Shown: piece by piece, positions 61,242 to 64,000 of the stretch
Position numbering within the stretch: the stretch's first letter is position 1
Layout: the number at the start of each line of letters is the position of its first letter
From: Candidatus Magasanikiibacteriota bacterium
GTDB taxonomy: Bacteria > Patescibacteriota > Patescibacteriia > Magasanikbacterales > UBA922
Direction: 5' to 3'
Assembly: GCA_021648085.1 (NCBI GenBank)
Contig: JAKITS010000001.1
Coordinates: 388,948 to 452,947, forward strand
DNA: 64,000 nucleotides
The notes under the pieces: model-generated
The model's input: only the letters and a program-made list of their open reading frames with translations
The model's database searches: none
What the model was told of the DNA's origin: nothing
Position numbers and translations under genes: made by a program

Positions 61242-63548
61242 TTATTTAACATTTTTTTCAAGTATTTTGACCTCTAAACCCAACCTTCCATTTTCATATT
61301 CTTTTACCATAAAACAAGTTTCTGCGTTTGTAAGTTCAAATGCTCGCTTTAATAACTCCTCATTTTCTCCATTTTTTAGACCATTATGGATTTCTGCAAG
61401 CTCGCTCTGACCAAATTGATAATCTATTGGAAAACCTCCACCAATTATTTCTCTACTTGAAATAGCTTCGAGAGGAAGTAAAATCCAAGTGTCTGCGATT
61501 ACACAATAATTTTCTCCTTCCACTTGACTCCAAACTTTCTCTGCCATTTTGTATTCATTTTCACTTACCACTCTCATATCTGGCCCACTCGCAAGATTTG
61601 TGGTGGCAAAAAAACTAAATACTGCTAAAAATATTAAGATTATATATGGCTTTACTTTTTTGTTTTGAAGTAAATAGCTAGCGCCAAAAATAAAAAGGAG
61701 TAAAACAGAAAAAGCTAAAAGTAAATCCAATCTACGGACAAGCTGCCTATCACCTTCCAAAAAGAACCAGCCAATTATATAACTTCCAAAAATACTAATG
61801 CTCAAAAATAAAATAGTAAATTCATTGACTATTTTTGTCTTGAACTTTTTGATAAATCCAAAAGTCGCCGTTCCCCACAAAACCAGCAAAACGATAGGAA
61901 TATACCATCGCCAATTTGTAAAAATAGAACCAACAAAAGCCAACTCTGGCGTGTGATTGAAAAATATATTTCCACTCAAAATATCGTGTGGGCGAATTGC
62001 GCGCGCAAAATACCAACCGCTAAATTGCCCCACAAATTGCGTAAGACTTTCTACAAAATTGAAACTTTTTGGCCAAACACTTGTTTTGCTGATTATTTCT
62101 ATAATAGGTAAAAATAAAATTCCAGAAAATAATAAAATTATTTTAGCTATATTATTTTTGAATTTCTTAAAAATTAAAATGGCAAAAACTAGCAGAAATA
62201 AAACAAACAAATAAAGTGAATAGCTAAAAATCATACTCACTCCAAAAAATATAGCGAGCATTTTCTGAAGGTTTTTATTTTTTGATTTTATCCTTTTGTC
62301 CTCGCCAAAATACAAAACCAAAAGTAATAAAGTAAACAAAAATGATATAAAACCTAAACTAACCGGCAAAGTAAGAGCGCCCAAAGCTTGAAATGGAAAT
62401 GGTAAAAAACTAAGCCACACCAAAAGTAAAGCAAAACAACGAGATCTAAAGAGATAACTTCCAATAAAAAATAAAAGTAATGGCACAAAAAACGACCACA
62501 AAACTGGTGTTAACCAAATATGCAAAGTATTCAATTTAAAACCAAAAGTCTTTGCAAAAACTATGTTCAATCCCCACATCTGCCCATAACTATATTTTTG
62601 TGGAGCTGTAAACACGACTGGAATATCAACACCGGCAACTTCTTTCCACTCCACATTTTCACCAACTAAAACTGGCAAAATCTGCTCTTCATTTACCAGT
62701 TTTTGCTCTATTGCCAAATGTCGCCAAACATCTCCACCCCAAGGATTTGTGTGTGCCATCGGCAGATAAGAATGAAGTAAAAATGAATGCAAAATCAAAA
62801 TAAATAAAACCTTGCCGACTTTGAACCTAGAAAATGTAATAATTCCCGCTAAAAAAGTTAATAAGAAAAAAACAATCAAAAACCAAGGTGAGATAGCTTG
62901 CCACGGAGTTTGTAGAACCTCTCCTGTTTTAGATTGGAAAAGTAAAATCATTCCAAAAATCCAACCTACTAAATACAAAGTTATAAACCACCATCTCTTT
63001 TTGAAAAGTTGTTTTCTGGGATTATTTCCAAATACGCTTTCGTTAATAAAATTTCTAAATTTTGAGCGAGACGAAAAGAAAAGTTTTTTGTTATGCCATA
63101 GCATAGAAAAAAAATTTTCTTGAAGTCGCAGCCAAAACTTAGGAGTTTTATTAGAAATGGTATTTGGAAATAATCCCAATTCTAATTTATAGAATGTTTT
63201 TGGTAACCTCTTATTTTTCTCGGACAAACACCAAAAAATAATAGTAAAAACAGCTGATAGAAAATAAGTCCACCAAATTATTGTATTACTTAATTTATAA
63301 AAAACTATAAAGGCAGAGCTAAAAAAACTAAGCAATAGAATAACTGGCGAAAAAGCCAATCCAAATCTAACCCAAAAATTTTTACCAAAAACAATTATTT
63401 TGTTTAAAATTCCTTGCCACAAATATGCCAGCAAAATTAAAAATACTCCACCAAAAAACCAGCCGGCACCCAAAAAATATCCGCTCTTAAAAAAAAGATA
63501 TAAAAAAAGGAGATCTACCCCCAATAAAAATAAAATTAATTTCTTCAT
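61242..63548 (-). CDS. Polytopic membrane protein, possibly GT-C-like, with an in-frame repeat insertion
   Basis: Many TM segments, WGGDVWRH loop; 54-codon insert from a family B element. Confidence 0.75.
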   Translation of the reverse strand: MKKLILFLLGVDLLFLYLFFKSGYFLGAGWFFGGVFLILLAYLWQGILNKIIVFGKNFWVRFGLAFSPVILLLSFFSSAFIVFYKLSNTIIWWTYFLSAVFTIIFWCLSEKNKRLPKTFYKLELGLFPNTISNKTPKFWLRLQENFFSMLWHNKKLFFSSRSKFRNFINESVFGNNPRKQLFKKRWWFITLYLVGWIFGMILLFQSKTGEVLQTPWQAISPWFLIVFFLLTFLAGIITFSRFKVGKVLFILILHSFLLHSYLPMAHTNPWGGDVWRHLAIEQKLVNEEQILPVLVGENVEWKEVAGVDIPVVFTAPQKYSYGQMWGLNIVFAKTFGFKLNTLHIWLTPVLWSFFVPLLLFFIGSYLFRSRCFALLLVWLSFLPFPFQALGALTLPVSLGFISFLFTLLLLVLYFGEDKRIKSKNKNLQKMLAIFFGVSMIFSYSLYLFVLFLLVFAILIFKKFKNNIAKIILLFSGILFLPIIEIISKTSVWPKSFNFVESLTQFVGQFSGWYFARAIRPHDILSGNIFFNHTPELAFVGSIFTNWRWYIPIVLLVLWGTATFGFIKKFKTKIVNEFTILFLSISIFGSYIIGWFFLEGDRQLVRRLDLLLAFSVLLLFIFGASYLLQNKKVKPYIILIFLAVFSFFATTNLASGPDMRVVSENEYKMAEKVWSQVEGENYCVIADTWILLPLEAISSREIIGGGFPIDYQFGQSELAEIHNGLKNGENEELLKRAFELTNAETCFMVKEYENGRLGLEVKILEKNVK
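63017..63178. mobile_element. 162-bp MITE/RPE-like element (family B) inside a CDS
   Basis: Perfect 19-bp inverted termini tgggattatttccaaatac/gtatttggaaataatccca; core shared with 20762-20920. Confidence 0.8.
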
Positions 63549-63551
63549 ATT

Positions 63552-64000
63552 CTAAACTCCATGCGCAAACAAACTAACAATAGCAAAACCTATCGCAATT
63601 CCAAAAGTCCAAGCTGCGATAGTAAATAAATTTGGTGCATCTAATAAAATAGCACTAAGTGTCGCAAACACAGCCACAACTTGCAAGACCATTTTTATCT
63701 TTCCCCAAATGTTTGCCATTTTTACAGTTTTGAACTTTACTCTAGCAAACAACGCAGACAAAATAAATATAATTTCTATACCCAAAAGTGAAAAACCCAA
63801 AATAGGGTTGAAATATTTGAAAACCAAAAGTAAAACAATAGACCCAATTAATAACTTATCCGCCAAAGGATCGAACATCATACCAAACTTTGTAATCTGA
63901 TTTCTAGATCTAGCAAGTGAGCCATCTAGAGCGTCTGTAAAAGCTGCAAACAAAAAAGCAACCATTCCAATTTCATACATTTGCATCATAATAAAATAAA
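63552..64000 (-). CDS. CDP-alcohol phosphatidyltransferase (PgsA-like); 5' end outside the window
   Basis: TDALDGSLAR....TKFG..FDPLADK motif, GKIKMVLQ. Confidence 0.9.
   Translation of the reverse strand, partial: YFIMMQMYEIGMVAFLFAAFTDALDGSLARSRNQITKFGMMFDPLADKLLIGSIVLLLVFKYFNPILGFSLLGIEIIFILSALFARVKFKTVKMANIWGKIKMVLQVVAVFATLSAILLDAPNLFTIAAWTFGIAIGFAIVSLFAHGV

Overview
AT-rich chromosomal segment. Standard code 11 fits: TGA acts as a stop and Trp is TGG. Gene content and style suggest a Patescibacteria/CPR genome (inference): gatA/gatC, ligA, type IV pilus genes, cysS, a lone VirD4/TraG-like ATPase, a SWIB protein, dnaX, tRNA-Gln(CTG), a Phd/RelE toxin-antitoxin pair, ZIP transporter, pyrF, PNP, a Cache/HAMP sensor plus histidine kinase, folD, purA, dus, pyrG, rplI, era, ctpA, murA, a glycosylation cluster and a restriction/defence-like block. 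Main observations: (1) core genes lack Shine-Dalgarno (SD) sequences, while a separate class of accessory genes has strong SDs, most preceded by a boxA-like motif (GYTCYTTTACAA); (2) the 53.3-58.8 kb block is a four-cassette array whose spacers are diverged fragments of the two flanking core genes joined at microhomologies, with no integrase in the window; (3) several palindromic repeat families show structural covariation, one is inserted in frame in a gene, and a 20-bp palindrome is inserted inside two other repeat families; (4) unusual proteins include an active/dead metallophosphoesterase pair, a plant-RHM-like rhamnose synthase fusion, an AftA-like transferase and a D-to-E pseudo-receiver among pilus genes. 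All protein calls come from motif recognition; no database searches were run.
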